Position numbers and translations under genes: made by a program. DNA of 62,867 nucleotides, counting the filler, from Aduncisulcus paluster (Eukaryota), in NCBI GenBank assembly GCA_024181965.1. It is 5 parts of 5 records of this genome, joined end to end, with 100 filler letters (N's around TTAATTAATTAA, not from the genome) between each part and the next. Parts side by side here need not be neighbours in the genome. Positions count along the whole stretch, not along the records: positions 1 to 19,007 come from BQXS01010850.1; positions 19,108 to 29,083 come from BQXS01010851.1; 3 more parts are not named here. One strand, written 5' to 3'. Below the pieces are notes generated by a model, which saw only the letters and a list, made by a program, of their open reading frames with translations, was not told where the DNA came from and did not search any database. Shown here one piece after another: positions 11,943 through 22,145 of the stretch; position 1 is the stretch's first letter, and each line of letters starts with the position of its first letter.

Positions 11943-12755
11943 TTAGGAAGGTTTTCCACCATACTTGATAATTTGAATCAGAAGATAAATAAGAAGTATG
12001 ATAGCCAAAAGAGTCAAAAACATGGGCCATTTGTTCCGTTTAATATATCCAGAAAGCTTACTAACTTCTTTTGATTGAGTCTTCGTCCGAGCTTCAGTTT
12101 CGTCAACCTCCTTATGAAGATCATCAACAAGTGTTGTAGTTTCGTCAATTTTGCCATGAATAGCCACAGCCTGATGTTTCATTCCAACAACAACATCATG
12201 TAACTCATCAAGCTGATCATCATTCCTATCAAGACGCCGCATTGTGCTTGACATCAATTCACCATCACTTCTGGCTTTTGTATATTCAGTTTCTCCAATC
12301 TTGGAAAAATCTTTACGTTCAACGGGACCTCCTCCAGATCTTCTTATGATAATACCAGTGAAACGCTTCTCCAATCTTTTAAAATCATTGCCAATTTTCA
12401 TTACTTGCCCAGCATAAGTTGTTAGTTCATCTCTATCATATCTATGATCCTTCTCTCGCTCAGCAGTATCAATCATCATGTCAATTTCCTTTAGAGTGTT
12501 TCTTCCTTTCTCAATACCCTTTGTAACTTTGTGTTGCTTTCTGGCAGCTTCAGCACTATCAGAAATGGATTCTTTAATTTTTAAAATGTGTTGTTATTAC
12601 CAAAAACATTAGAAAAAATGAAATTGAAATTATTTAATGGAGATTTCAAGAATATAATACAAAGAGGAAAAAAACATACCATATTCATCAACCCCACCTG
12701 AAACCTTCAAATATAAACTCTCTACTTTTTTAATGTGATCTTTAATTGTTGACAT
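11943..12755 (-). CDS. Qc-type SNARE (SYP7/syntaxin-6/8-like), 2 exons (12755-12680, 12571-11943)
   Basis: SNARE heptad region (DDQLDELHDVVVGMKHQAVAIHGKIDE) and a C-terminal TM helix. Exon 1 MSTIKDHIKKVESLYLKVSGGVDEY joins in phase 1. Confidence 0.8.
12572..12679 (-). other. Spliceosomal intron (108 nt, phase 1)
   Basis: Minus-strand GTATGT donor at 12679 and AAG acceptor at 12572; removal restores a GAA codon and removes an in-frame TAA. Confidence 0.75.
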
Positions 12756-13085
12756 CCTTTGCTTAATGTGTCAAAAAAGTATTCAGACAAAATAACTTCC
12801 TATCGAAAAGAATCTTGATGAAATACATCATAATTTAACACATATTTATACGATAAGACACGATCTGGTTTTTATCTCCCTCGTCAACATTATATTACAG
12901 AGATATGGAATACAAGTTCTAACAGCGAAAATATTGGTATGATAATGTTGTTTCTCATATAATTAGGTATTATACCTTAATTTCTCCCGAATTATGTTCA
13001 AAAATAGTATATATCATAATCCCAATCACACTCCATTATTTTTCGGTCGCATTGGTCTGACTGGACTGTAGGAAGATTTTCCGTG

Positions 13086-15368
13086 ATGGTTGAGACCAAA
13101 TATAGAAGTGTTATGTCATTGGAGGAGAAATTTTATCTCTCTCCTTGGCAGAAATGGAAGACTTATGGAAGGTTTCCTTGGAAATTCACCCTTCATGTTC
13201 TAGGTTTACTTTTTTCCTCTTTTATCATTCTTCTCCCTCATCAAACTATTTTGAGATATTCTGATGCAGCCGAAACAACATTTGCTAATCTCCTCGTTAT
13301 GGATACTCTTGGTGACCCTGATGCCAAGACAAAAGAATATTATCTCTTTTCTGTTGATGATTCTCTTGACTCCTTTCAATATTTTAGGGATCATTACATG
13401 AATCTTGTGGAAGATTCTGTTGATGAATTTTTTTATTCCAGTTGTGATGACACTTTCCAAAAAGTACAAGATCCATACATTGAGGTCACAATTACTTATT
13501 TTCAAGGCCCAAACAAGGAGCAAAGGCTCCCGAATCTTGGGAAAAGGACATATATTTGGAATTCTACGGATGATTTTGCTCCTTTCGATGGGGATTACGA
13601 TGATATTCAACAATTATTCTTTGATATTGCGAATGTATCGCTTAAAGCCGGTGTTCAATCATCAGCAGAATGGTATACTCACCACATGGTTGGATACAAT
13701 TGGAAAATCCAACAATCATACGATTTCTCCCTTGATGGTGGTCGTATTCGCATGAAACAAGAAAATATGATGACTCCATTATCCCATTCTTTTGGATGGA
13801 ACGTGACTGCCTTCCCTATTCGTCTCATTCTTGACCTTTTGTTGGGTGTTGTGTCCATTTGGTCCTTTTCACTTTCAATCAAGGCCTTATCAAGGAGTTT
13901 CTCAATTCTAAAACAAGTTAAGAAGAGAACAAGTGCGAAAACACTCACACAACGCCAGTTAACTCGTTTGTTTGCAAAAGGAGGCATCACATGGGAACAG
14001 TTGCCAAGCCGAGACAAATACCGTTTCTTTAACATGTGGTTCGTGTTCACAATCATTTGTGACCTCGGCAATGCTGGTTATTCAATCTGTGACATCATTA
14101 ACGTCTTCTCAACGCTAGTTTCATTCAGTTTTACCAACATGTTGCTTGGTCTCGGTTGCTCCTTCGCCTGGTTCAATATAATGAGGTATTTTGAGTTCAA
14201 AAAACGTTTCTATATGCTTGTTTTGGCTCTTAAAAAGGCCATTCCAACCATTGTTGTCTACCTTATTTCCATTTTCCCAGTATTTTTTGGATTCGCCTTT
14301 TTTGGAGTGGCTGTGTTTGGATTTGAAAGTGAAAAATTCCGTGATTTTGGTCAATCATGTGTTACTCTGTTCGCTGTCCTTCACGGAGATGTTATTCTAG
14401 AGACCTTTGATGCCATTTATAACATCTCTCCTCTTGTAAGTCGGACCTTTATGTACATTTATGTGACACTATTCATCTGTGTTGCTCTGAACATCTTTAT
14501 TTCTATCTTGGAAGAGGCCTACCAGTATGCCGCTGAGCGTATCTTTGGATCCCACATGTTCACAAAAACACACGAAATACTCCACGAAAAACGAGGGCAG
14601 CAAGCGCCTGTGAGACCAGCTATGGATGAGCCTGGCCAAGGTGGACCACCAGTGGCTTCCGGTTCTGTCCCTCAACCAGTTCCTCCAGGTCCCACTCACA
14701 CTGCCATTCCCCTTGACGGTGCCACTGGTTCCACTGTGAGTTCTGCTGTCCCAGCACCCGGCGACCACCATCTTGACGAGCTTCATGAGGATGACAACTT
14801 GTCCCATATGCTGTTCAGGAAGACTCTGGTCATCGGGGAAGGCAAGGACAGTGAGAGCGAGAGTATCTTGAGTGAGTCTGAGGAGGAAGGTGGGAGAGGT
14901 GAGATGGATCACCTGCTCAGAGAGGCTGACCGGAGACACAGAGAACGGATGATGCAGATGCCTGCAGATGAGAGGGAGAAAGAACGTGAAAAGATGGAGA
15001 AGAGACGGAAAGAGAGTGAAGAAAGTGAAGCCCTAAGTGACTTGAAATTCAAGAAGGTTGAAAGTGCCCCCACATCAACTGAAAGTTCCTCTTCTGAAGC
15101 AAGAAGGAAGAGGCGTATGAGAGAATTGAAAGACAAACGCGGAGAAGGGAGAAGAAGAAGTGAGAGAGGAAGACGCGAAAAGGAAGAAATGGCCGCATTA
15201 ATGAAAAAGGTTGCATTAGAAAGTGCTACTCTTGTGCTCAAGAAGGCCATGGGAATGAAGTTCATCGGTTTACAAGAAAAGGAACACGAAGAAGATTCTA
15301 CTGAGGAGAAGAGATATGGAACAATTGTTGATCGGAGGGATGAACTTGGTCCAGAGTTTTTGGAATAG
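13086..15368 (+). CDS. MCOLN: Mucolipin/TRPML-family cation channel
   Basis: N-terminal SPWQKWKTYGRFPWKF motif, large luminal loop, six TM segments, pore helix CVTLFAVLHGDVILETF, S6 LFICVALNIFISILEEAY, long charged tail. Confidence 0.9.
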   Translation: MVETKYRSVMSLEEKFYLSPWQKWKTYGRFPWKFTLHVLGLLFSSFIILLPHQTILRYSDAAETTFANLLVMDTLGDPDAKTKEYYLFSVDDSLDSFQYFRDHYMNLVEDSVDEFFYSSCDDTFQKVQDPYIEVTITYFQGPNKEQRLPNLGKRTYIWNSTDDFAPFDGDYDDIQQLFFDIANVSLKAGVQSSAEWYTHHMVGYNWKIQQSYDFSLDGGRIRMKQENMMTPLSHSFGWNVTAFPIRLILDLLLGVVSIWSFSLSIKALSRSFSILKQVKKRTSAKTLTQRQLTRLFAKGGITWEQLPSRDKYRFFNMWFVFTIICDLGNAGYSICDIINVFSTLVSFSFTNMLLGLGCSFAWFNIMRYFEFKKRFYMLVLALKKAIPTIVVYLISIFPVFFGFAFFGVAVFGFESEKFRDFGQSCVTLFAVLHGDVILETFDAIYNISPLVSRTFMYIYVTLFICVALNIFISILEEAYQYAAERIFGSHMFTKTHEILHEKRGQQAPVRPAMDEPGQGGPPVASGSVPQPVPPGPTHTAIPLDGATGSTVSSAVPAPGDHHLDELHEDDNLSHMLFRKTLVIGEGKDSESESILSESEEEGGRGEMDHLLREADRRHRERMMQMPADEREKEREKMEKRRKESEESEALSDLKFKKVESAPTSTESSSSEARRKRRMRELKDKRGEGRRRSERGRREKEEMAALMKKVALESATLVLKKAMGMKFIGLQEKEHEEDSTEEKRYGTIVDRRDELGPEFLE

Positions 15369-15645
15369 ACCTCAGTTCAAAATATAATTCTAAATCTTTA
15401 ACTCTTTTTTATTCTCCACTTTCTTTTCGGCGAGTAGAGCCCATTTATTCATTTGGATTTTTTTGCACTAATACAATAAATAATAATATCTCCCTTTCTT
15501 TTTTTAAGATTAAATCGGGTTTTTAAATCTAGATAGCAAAAAAATATTTATTAAAATGAATAGTTCAGTTTTTACATAAATTTTTCTGAGTTCATCCATT
15601 ATCAAGAATATATCACCTTTAAAATAGATATTTTTGTCGATAAAT

Positions 15646-16377
15646 ATGAAGAAAAAGCCTTCCGCTGGATTTCTTGACTTTGCTGATGCAATTATTGCAG
15701 CTGAAAAGAAATTTCACGAAGAAGACAACCTTGGTGCATTGAAATCGTTGCAAGAGAAGTACGTTCTAATTTTTTAAGTTTGGCCATTCAATTTTATTCC
15801 ATTTGTTCTCATTCAACACAAAATTTCCCCTCTAACGATTCTCAACATTTTTTCCTTTTTTTCCCAAAACAAAATCAGATATGATTGGATTAAACAGCCA
15901 GTTAAGATACCAAAAAGATCAGTTTCAGTGTTTAGAATTCGAACTATGGAAAAACCTATTCTCAAAAGAAGATCGATTACTTGTCGGAGAGCCCGACCTG
16001 GTCCTCCCTCCATTTTATCATCAGGAAAATCAATATATTCATCTCCACAATATCGTCGACATCGTCGAGTGAAGGGGCTCAGTAGTTCCCATGAACGAGA
16101 AAAAGTCGACTCTCCAAAATCTCTTGGCAAAAGTATTGCTCTTGCCTCTCCAACAGGTGGGTTTGGCAAGCCTAAATCCTCATTAATTGTTAAAAAAACG
16201 ACGTCCTCGGGTGTGATTCAAAAGTCATCCTCATCCATTCCCAAACCAATCATCACGAAGAAAACATACGCAAGACTTCCCAAAGGGCCTTCGAAAAAGC
16301 CCTTCTTCTTCTTCTCTTATCCCAAAGACCCATTCGATGCCGCCAGAGACAAAAAAGGTCGATTTGATTGGAGATGA
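15646..16377 (+). CDS. Hypothetical basic Ser/Lys/Pro-rich protein, 2 exons (15646-15758, 15879-16377)
   Basis: ATG at 15646; a GTACGT..CAG intron joins exon 1 in phase 2 to the frame of ORF 15928. Confidence 0.65.
15759..15878 (+). other. Spliceosomal intron (120 nt, phase 2)
   Basis: GTACGT donor, CTAAC branch-like motif near 15831, pyrimidine tract, CAG acceptor. Confidence 0.7.
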
Positions 16378-16748
16378 CCTCTTGAAAAAAATGAAAGAAA
16401 GAAGAGAGAAAAGGAAAAAGAGAGAACAGAAATAGATGAAAATTGACGTTTATTTTCAAAATATATGCATGCCAGATCGATACATAAATATAACTTATTT
16501 CATATATTCTATTCTCCCTAAAATAGTGATATTCAAATAGTTTAAATCGTACAATCAACACGATATAACAACGTAGCAAAGTATTTTTTTTTTTTTTTCT
16601 TTTTCTATTTTTCTGGTGTGATGTTTAAATTTTAGTGAATTGATTGATATTCTTTTCATTTCGAGCTATATAATCATTGATATTCAGTAATCGACTATCC
16701 AAATTACATGAAAATAAAAGAGAGCAACGAGAAAGTTTCGTTGGGGTT

Positions 16749-17327
16749 TTAGTCATCCATGGATTCAACAGTTTCTTCAATATCTAGAGAACTATCCACC
16801 GCTGAAGAATTAACAAGTTTAAAGAAGACAATCTTACGAACTAATTTCACCAATTGTTGAATAAAATAGATTTTACCAAATTGAAACCATAAGATAGCGA
16901 ATAAAGACCCTTGTATGATAGCAAAAAAAATTTGAAAAAGAGAATGAGAAAAAGAGATAATTCGACCGCAAAAAACAAATATTGAACAGATAACAAAAAC
17001 AATTAAAACTAATTCACAATGTTTTTTAGAATAATTTTCAGGATAAACATCATATATTAAGAACAGGAGAAAGAGGCTAATAAAATATGAAACATAGCTT
17101 GAATGACCAGATGGACACCCATAACCAGACCGCACTGCACCTTTTGGTCTCTCCATCTTAATGGTTTTCTTTAAAAATAAAACTAACCCTTGATTGATAA
17201 CTTGTCCAAAAGAATAATAGCCAATATCTCCACTTTGGGTTATTAAAAATATCAGAACCAATGAAATTGAAATAAACAATGGAAAATATTCAGAAAAGAT
17301 GATAATTACATTTTTAATTGACATCAT
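16749..17327 (-). CDS. PAP2-family membrane phosphatase, dolichyl-diphosphatase-like
   Basis: PAP2 motifs KKTIKMERP, PSGHS and GRIISFSHSLFQ with several hydrophobic helices. Confidence 0.85.
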   Translation of the reverse strand: MMSIKNVIIIFSEYFPLFISISLVLIFLITQSGDIGYYSFGQVINQGLVLFLKKTIKMERPKGAVRSGYGCPSGHSSYVSYFISLFLLFLIYDVYPENYSKKHCELVLIVFVICSIFVFCGRIISFSHSLFQIFFAIIQGSLFAILWFQFGKIYFIQQLVKLVRKIVFFKLVNSSAVDSSLDIEETVESMDD

Positions 17328-17770
17328 ATCATCAAATAAACGATGTTGTATTCTATTTCTTTGTTACAAAACTTTAAGAATAATTTTAGGAATATAATAA
17401 CATCAATACCACAAATAATAATTAATTATGATATTTATTCAAGAGCACCCCAGCTTTACTATGAGATAATCAATCTTTTCAATATAACATTAAAATAATA
17501 AGAATTTCTTTAGAATTTCAACCAAATTTGCTTAGTATTTATCTATTTGTTGCATTGATTGAATAAACACAATCAAAATCCGGTCCATACGATGTATAAA
17601 GCAAAGATAGTTCCAATTCGGCCTATCATGGTTGTTCTGGAAAAATATGATAATTTATGGAATTAAACGATATAAAACATTTGAAATTTATTCCATATGA
17701 TACGTTTGAGCATGAATCAGAGAATAAACAGAAAATTTGGTTGTTTTGATCACCTATCAACAAAATATTT

Positions 17771-19007
17771 ATGGATAAAGAGAGTAATATACTTAGAATT
17801 AATGCTGACCTTAAGCGGCAGATAGCTGAGATCAGAAGTGTGCTTGAACATCAAAGTAAGTCATCCGTCTCTGGACGTGCAAGCGCAGCACCCTCTAAAC
17901 CCGTTACTTATGACGAAAAGCAACGTCAACTTGAAGTTAATCTCACAAAACTTATAAAACAAAACCGTGCTTTGGCCAAACAACAATCTACCATCATGGA
18001 TTCTTTATTTGAGATTAGACAACTTGAAGATACTGTTAAAGCGAAGAGAAAAGAGATGAATGCCCTTGAAAAGAAAACCCTCGGATTTGAAAATGTTTTA
18101 GGCATTCAGAAAAAGGGTCTCTCTCAAAATGAAAAAGCTTTCAAGAAACCCACTGAGACAAAAGAAAAGATTTTGGCTGAAAACCGTGAGATTGAACATG
18201 AAATGAGTAAGGCTGCTGTTAAAGTACGTGAACAAGAAGAAAAATTGAGAAAATTGGCAAATTCCCGTAGAAATCTTGATAGAAGAGTGGATCTCCTTGC
18301 AGATGCTCTAGGTAAAAGTAGGGAAGTTATTGAAATGGAATTTAAAAAGGCTAAAGGTATTTCTGCGACTTCCACGTTTGATGGGGATGATATGGCATCT
18401 CCTGATATCGATTCTCCCGGTAAATCCGAAGATGGATCAGTAGCAATTGATAAAACTGTTATTTCTGAACTTCAACGTGCCACTGAAGAAGCCACTGGTG
18501 CTGAGAAGGTCGTTCTTCTTCGTAAATTATTGGGAAAGAAAACTGAAGAAATGGTTATCGCCAACCGTCGTCATGCACTTGCTAAAGAGAAATTAAATAC
18601 TCTCCAGAAAGCTTTAGACTCAAGAACAAGGTCATATCGCCAAAAAGAAGAAGTAATTGAAGAACGAATCTTTGAGCTTCGTGAAGAAATTCGTCACATG
18701 CAAGAGGATGCCAATGCCGCCATAAAAAATGCTAGAGATAGACTTTCCAAGCGGATGGAGAAAGATAAACTTGACCGAGCTTTCAGTTTAGCTCCTCTTG
18801 AAGAAATAGAGAAACTCGGATCTCCAAGCCCCGCCAAAAAACCTCCAATGACCGATTCATCTTCAAAAGTAGGAGATCCTAAAACACCCTCTGTCTCTCA
18901 TGATGCTATAATGACCAAAATAGAAGCCGAGGAGAAGCATTCAGACCCTATGACAGAAGAAGAAGAGCCTGTTCATGAAGAGCCCAAGAAGGAAGAGGAA
19001 CAACCGA
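17771..19007 (+). CDS. Coiled-coil protein interrupted by a scaffold gap
   Basis: Long heptad-rich ORF running into Ns. A possible end HQPRDNGQN-TAG lies at 19108-19137 after the gap. Confidence 0.7.
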
Positions 19008-19107
19008 NNNNNNNNNNNNNNNNNNNNNNNNNNNNNNNNNNNNNNNNNNNNTTAATTAATTAANNNNNNNNNNNNNNNNNNNNNNNNNNNNNNNNNNNNN
19101 NNNNNNN
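19008..19107. other. Assembly spacer N44-TTAATTAATTAA-N44
   Basis: Six-frame stop linker inside Ns. Confidence 0.95.
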
Positions 19108-19133
19108 CATCAACCTCGGGATAATGGACAAAA

Positions 19134-19325
19134 TTAGAAAGGTTTGAAGGTCCATCCGCATGCTAGACCAGCGGCAAAACCAAGAACGACAAGGGCAATC
19201 ATTAAAATGATGGTTGAGGGAGTAATAGTTTTCACAACAATGGGTTGAGAATGACTATGAGGCTTTTCTTGTGGAATGGAGTCCGAGACAGGGACAGGTT
19301 TAATTTGAGAAGATCTTCCAGACAT
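19134..19325 (-). CDS. Small (63 aa) tail-anchored membrane protein
   Basis: ATG at 19325 (MSGRSSQIKP..); single hydrophobic C-terminal segment IILMIALVVLGFAAGLACGW. Confidence 0.55.
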   Translation of the reverse strand: MSGRSSQIKPVPVSDSIPQEKPHSHSQPIVVKTITPSTIILMIALVVLGFAAGLACGWTFKPF

Positions 19326-19585
19326 TGGTATTTCGTATACGGGCAAAAAAAGATCTGTCACAAATCGAAACAACAATGATGAATTGTACACTGATTTCAA
19401 GATCAAAAGTTGCTGAAATATCAGTAAGATTAAAATCAAAGAATTTATGATGGATAATAAATCATCAAAAACCTTTGGATTTTTATCGGAATGATGAAGA
19501 AAGTTAAGTCTCGAATGTACAATTTATTCATTTATCTATCACAAAATAAATCCCGTTTAGACACTGTAAATACTTCTCAGATATA

Positions 19586-21145
19586 CTATTCTGCATGGAT
19601 TGCCCATTCAAGGGTGTAAGAACCATCTTGATCGATCCTCTCAAATCCATGTGATCCGAATCCATCTCTCATTGCCTGAATGAAAGAGATGGATTCCATT
19701 CTCTCTTTACACATCTGGGTGATATAATTCATCGTGCTACTAAGAACATGGCAGGGAATTCCAGCTTGCATGAAGTTGTAGACTAAATCCTGCAATTGAA
19801 GCATTCTCACCTTGTCAAATGCAATCTTACGGAATCTTGGAGATGAAGCCCACCACGTCTCTCCCTCGCATTCCTCAAGAGGGAGAGAAAGAGTAGATTC
19901 AATGGTAGTTCTCGTGAACCCACTTTTCGGCTTCACATAAGACTCTTGGTGAGTGAATGTGAGGGTAGTATCCGGTGCAGAACCATACGTATCCTCAGTT
20001 TCTTCAAACTCACGGAGCAGAGGCATCCGAATAATACATCCTCCTTGCCAAACTCGAGTACATTGCTTGATATCAATATCCCATGAATATTTCTTAGAGG
20101 CAGCAAATATGAGAGAAAGACCCTGAGAAAATGCCTGTCGAATAGCAATTGCAAGGGCTCCATATGTTCGATTCATCAATCCTTCAGCCTGTGGTTTGTT
20201 CCGCATTCCACTGATGGTGAGAGCCTTGGAGAAAGTACATCGAGTAGCAGTACGAGCACTCATAGCTCGTTCCTCAAAAGCTGCCTGAATAGAAGGCACA
20301 GGATATCCGAGTTCAAGAGCGGCCTGACATGTCCATAATCCAGTTCCCTTATGACCAGCGACATCACGAATCCTATCAACAACCAAGGGATGCCCTGTCC
20401 CAAGCTCCCTCTTCCGGACAACATGTCTCATAAGCTCAAGTAAATACCCACCAAGATCTTGATGCTCCACAAGAGAATCCGAAGCAACGGCCAAACCACG
20501 ATCACCCACCACCGATCTCAAAAGGTTAAAAACTTCCGCAATCATCCCCATAATAGCATACTCTATACCATTGTGAACCATTTTAACAAAATGTCCAGCT
20601 CCATTGGGTCCAAGTCTTGAGACGCAGGGACGCCCATGGTAATCCCTGGCAGCAGCTTTCTCGAGGATCTCATGAGTCCATTGCCACGCCCGATCTGATC
20701 CTCCAAACATCAAAGATGGACCATTTAATGCCCCATCTTTTCCACCAGATATTCCAAGACCGATAAACTCAACACCTTTCTCGGCATACTTTTCACTACG
20801 AGCCATGGTATCCTTATAAAAGCTATTTCCACCATCAATAATGGCTAAATTATCTCCTTCAAGGCGTTTGTGAACTTCAAGAACAAGTTCATCACTCACC
20901 AAATCAACAGCAGCCCCAGCACTCAACATGAGAAACACAACCTTATTGGTGGGTAATTTACATAGAACATCTTTAATTGAAGTAGCTTTCGTGAATTTAC
21001 CTTCATGACTATAGCGACGCAGGAAATTATCAGTTTTTGAATGAGTTCGATTGTATACAGTAACGTTATAGCCTTTCCGTGCGAGATTCCGTGCCAAAGC
21101 ACTTCCCATGACACCCAAACCAATAACTCCAACAGATGTTACCAT
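19586..21145 (-). CDS. gnd: 6-phosphogluconate dehydrogenase, decarboxylating
   Basis: GVIGLGVMG Rossmann motif, YNRT, IDGGNS, ISGG, catalytic HFVKMVHNGIEY, KGTGLWT, GGCIIR, QAMRDGFGSH. Likely ATG at 21145. Confidence 0.97.
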   Translation of the reverse strand: MVTSVGVIGLGVMGSALARNLARKGYNVTVYNRTHSKTDNFLRRYSHEGKFTKATSIKDVLCKLPTNKVVFLMLSAGAAVDLVSDELVLEVHKRLEGDNLAIIDGGNSFYKDTMARSEKYAEKGVEFIGLGISGGKDGALNGPSLMFGGSDRAWQWTHEILEKAAARDYHGRPCVSRLGPNGAGHFVKMVHNGIEYAIMGMIAEVFNLLRSVVGDRGLAVASDSLVEHQDLGGYLLELMRHVVRKRELGTGHPLVVDRIRDVAGHKGTGLWTCQAALELGYPVPSIQAAFEERAMSARTATRCTFSKALTISGMRNKPQAEGLMNRTYGALAIAIRQAFSQGLSLIFAASKKYSWDIDIKQCTRVWQGGCIIRMPLLREFEETEDTYGSAPDTTLTFTHQESYVKPKSGFTRTTIESTLSLPLEECEGETWWASSPRFRKIAFDKVRMLQLQDLVYNFMQAGIPCHVLSSTMNYITQMCKERMESISFIQAMRDGFGSHGFERIDQDGSYTLEWAIHAE

Positions 21146-21596
21146 TGCTAATCGAAAAACAACAAAACTAATGAGAAGATTTCTTATCACAATTATGACT
21201 AAACTGTTGAGTAGAATTTGAGAAATGAAGGCACAGGAAGCAAAATAGAGAAAGAAATAAATATATTTCGCATAACAATTGTTAAAAATATGAAATTATA
21301 TTCCTCATTAGTATCACAACTGCAGATATGAGAAAGGTCCTATTTCAGTTGTAATATCGTCGAAAACAAAACAACAACATTAAATATTCTTTTAAAAACG
21401 AAAAATAAAAGTCATATACATAAAAGCCATATCTTGATTGAGCCAAATAAAGGAGCTGAAAAAATATTATCCTTATGGCGAATATCAATTGACTTACAAA
21501 ATAGATAACTTAAAATTATGAATAAAAACAATGAAAAAATTAATTTGGTATAATAATTAAAAAATTATAATTGGAAATTATAAAGCAAAAAAATTG

Positions 21597-21602
21597 AAAA
21601 AA
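21597..21602 (-). terminator. Pol III oligo-T terminator of the SRP RNA
   Basis: T6 on the minus strand just after the terminal helix. Confidence 0.6.
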
Positions 21603-21782
21603 GAAGTGTCCATCTGCCGTTGTTTCACCGTCCCACTACAAATCTGTGGCGCAGCATATTCCCTGCTCCCGAACGGGCCTGAGGCGGTACCTCCACTTCA
21701 ATCGAACCCAAGCAATAGACTTCTCTGAAGCTCGTGAACAAACCAAAATCTAAGCAGGATGAAACCAACATATGGCTGGACA
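21601..21782 (-). ncRNA. SRP (7SL) RNA, compact form
   Basis: Minus strand contains the helix-8 SRP54-binding motif CAGG-CCC-GUUC-GGG-AGCAG (about 21663-21681) and UGUAGUGGGA, which resembles the 3' helix-5 strand of eukaryotic 7SL. Long 5'/3' pairing: GUCCA/UGGAC, GCC/GGC, GUUUCA/UGAAAC, UCCUGCU/AGUGGGA, UGGU/GCCA. It ends in a T6 run. Confidence 0.85.
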
Positions 21783-21794
21783 AGAACATTTATC

Positions 21795-21841
21795 TTTATA
21801 TTAATATATATGGAATAATGAAATCGGCATAAATCAGCTAT
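21795..21841 (-). promoter_or_regulatory. Upstream element ATAGCTGATTTATG (21841-21828) plus TATA-like box for the SRP RNA
   Basis: 12/14 identical to the element upstream of tRNA-Sec. TATATATTAATATAA begins about 29 nt upstream of the inferred 5' end. Confidence 0.55.
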
Positions 21842-21997
21842 ACATGATAGAAGCACTTTAGTCAATACATCTCCAAGCTCAAAAAATGCATAAAAAATAG
21901 ATTAAACGTTATATCTCTATAAAAAAACACTTCATTATAAATAAATTTTTACAATTGGTTAATAAAAATGATGTTTGCTAGTCTACATTTATCCTTC

Positions 21998-22011
21998 ATA
22001 GCCGATTTACG
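21998..22011 (+). promoter_or_regulatory. Upstream element ATAGCCGATTTACG for tRNA-Sec
   Basis: Starts 59 nt before tRNA nucleotide 1; the mirrored copy sits about 59-60 nt before the SRP RNA 5' end. Confidence 0.55.
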
Positions 22012-22056
22012 GGAACAATTGATCCATTAGATTCTCATCAACCCCTAGAATGGGTT

Positions 22057-22145
22057 GTGGAGTTGAGCGCTAATGGTTTAGCGGATGGGTTTCAGCCCCA
22101 TTGCTCGGCTTTCGAGAGAGGTTCGATTCCTCCTACTCCACGCCA
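22057..22145 (+). tRNA. tRNA-Sec (anticodon UCA), eukaryal/archaeal 9/4 fold
   Basis: Acceptor GTGGAGTTG/CTACTCCAC (9 bp with a U.U pair), 6-bp D stem CGCTAA/TTAGCG with TGGT loop, 6-bp anticodon stem GATGGG/CCCATT with loop TT-TCA-GC, variable arm CTCG/CGAG, 4-bp T stem GAGG-TTCGATT-CCTC, G73 at 22142, CCA at 22143-22145, T5 at 22159-22163. Confidence 0.93.

Noticed and set aside
19052-19063. TTAATTAATTAA palindrome recurring four times
   Set aside because: Always centred in 44+44 Ns; an artificial six-frame stop linker, not a transposon site or biological repeat.
21630-21645. Minus-strand ATTTGTAGTGGG resembling a U1 Sm-site region
   Set aside because: No ACTTACC 5' end; the sequence is better explained as SRP helix 5.
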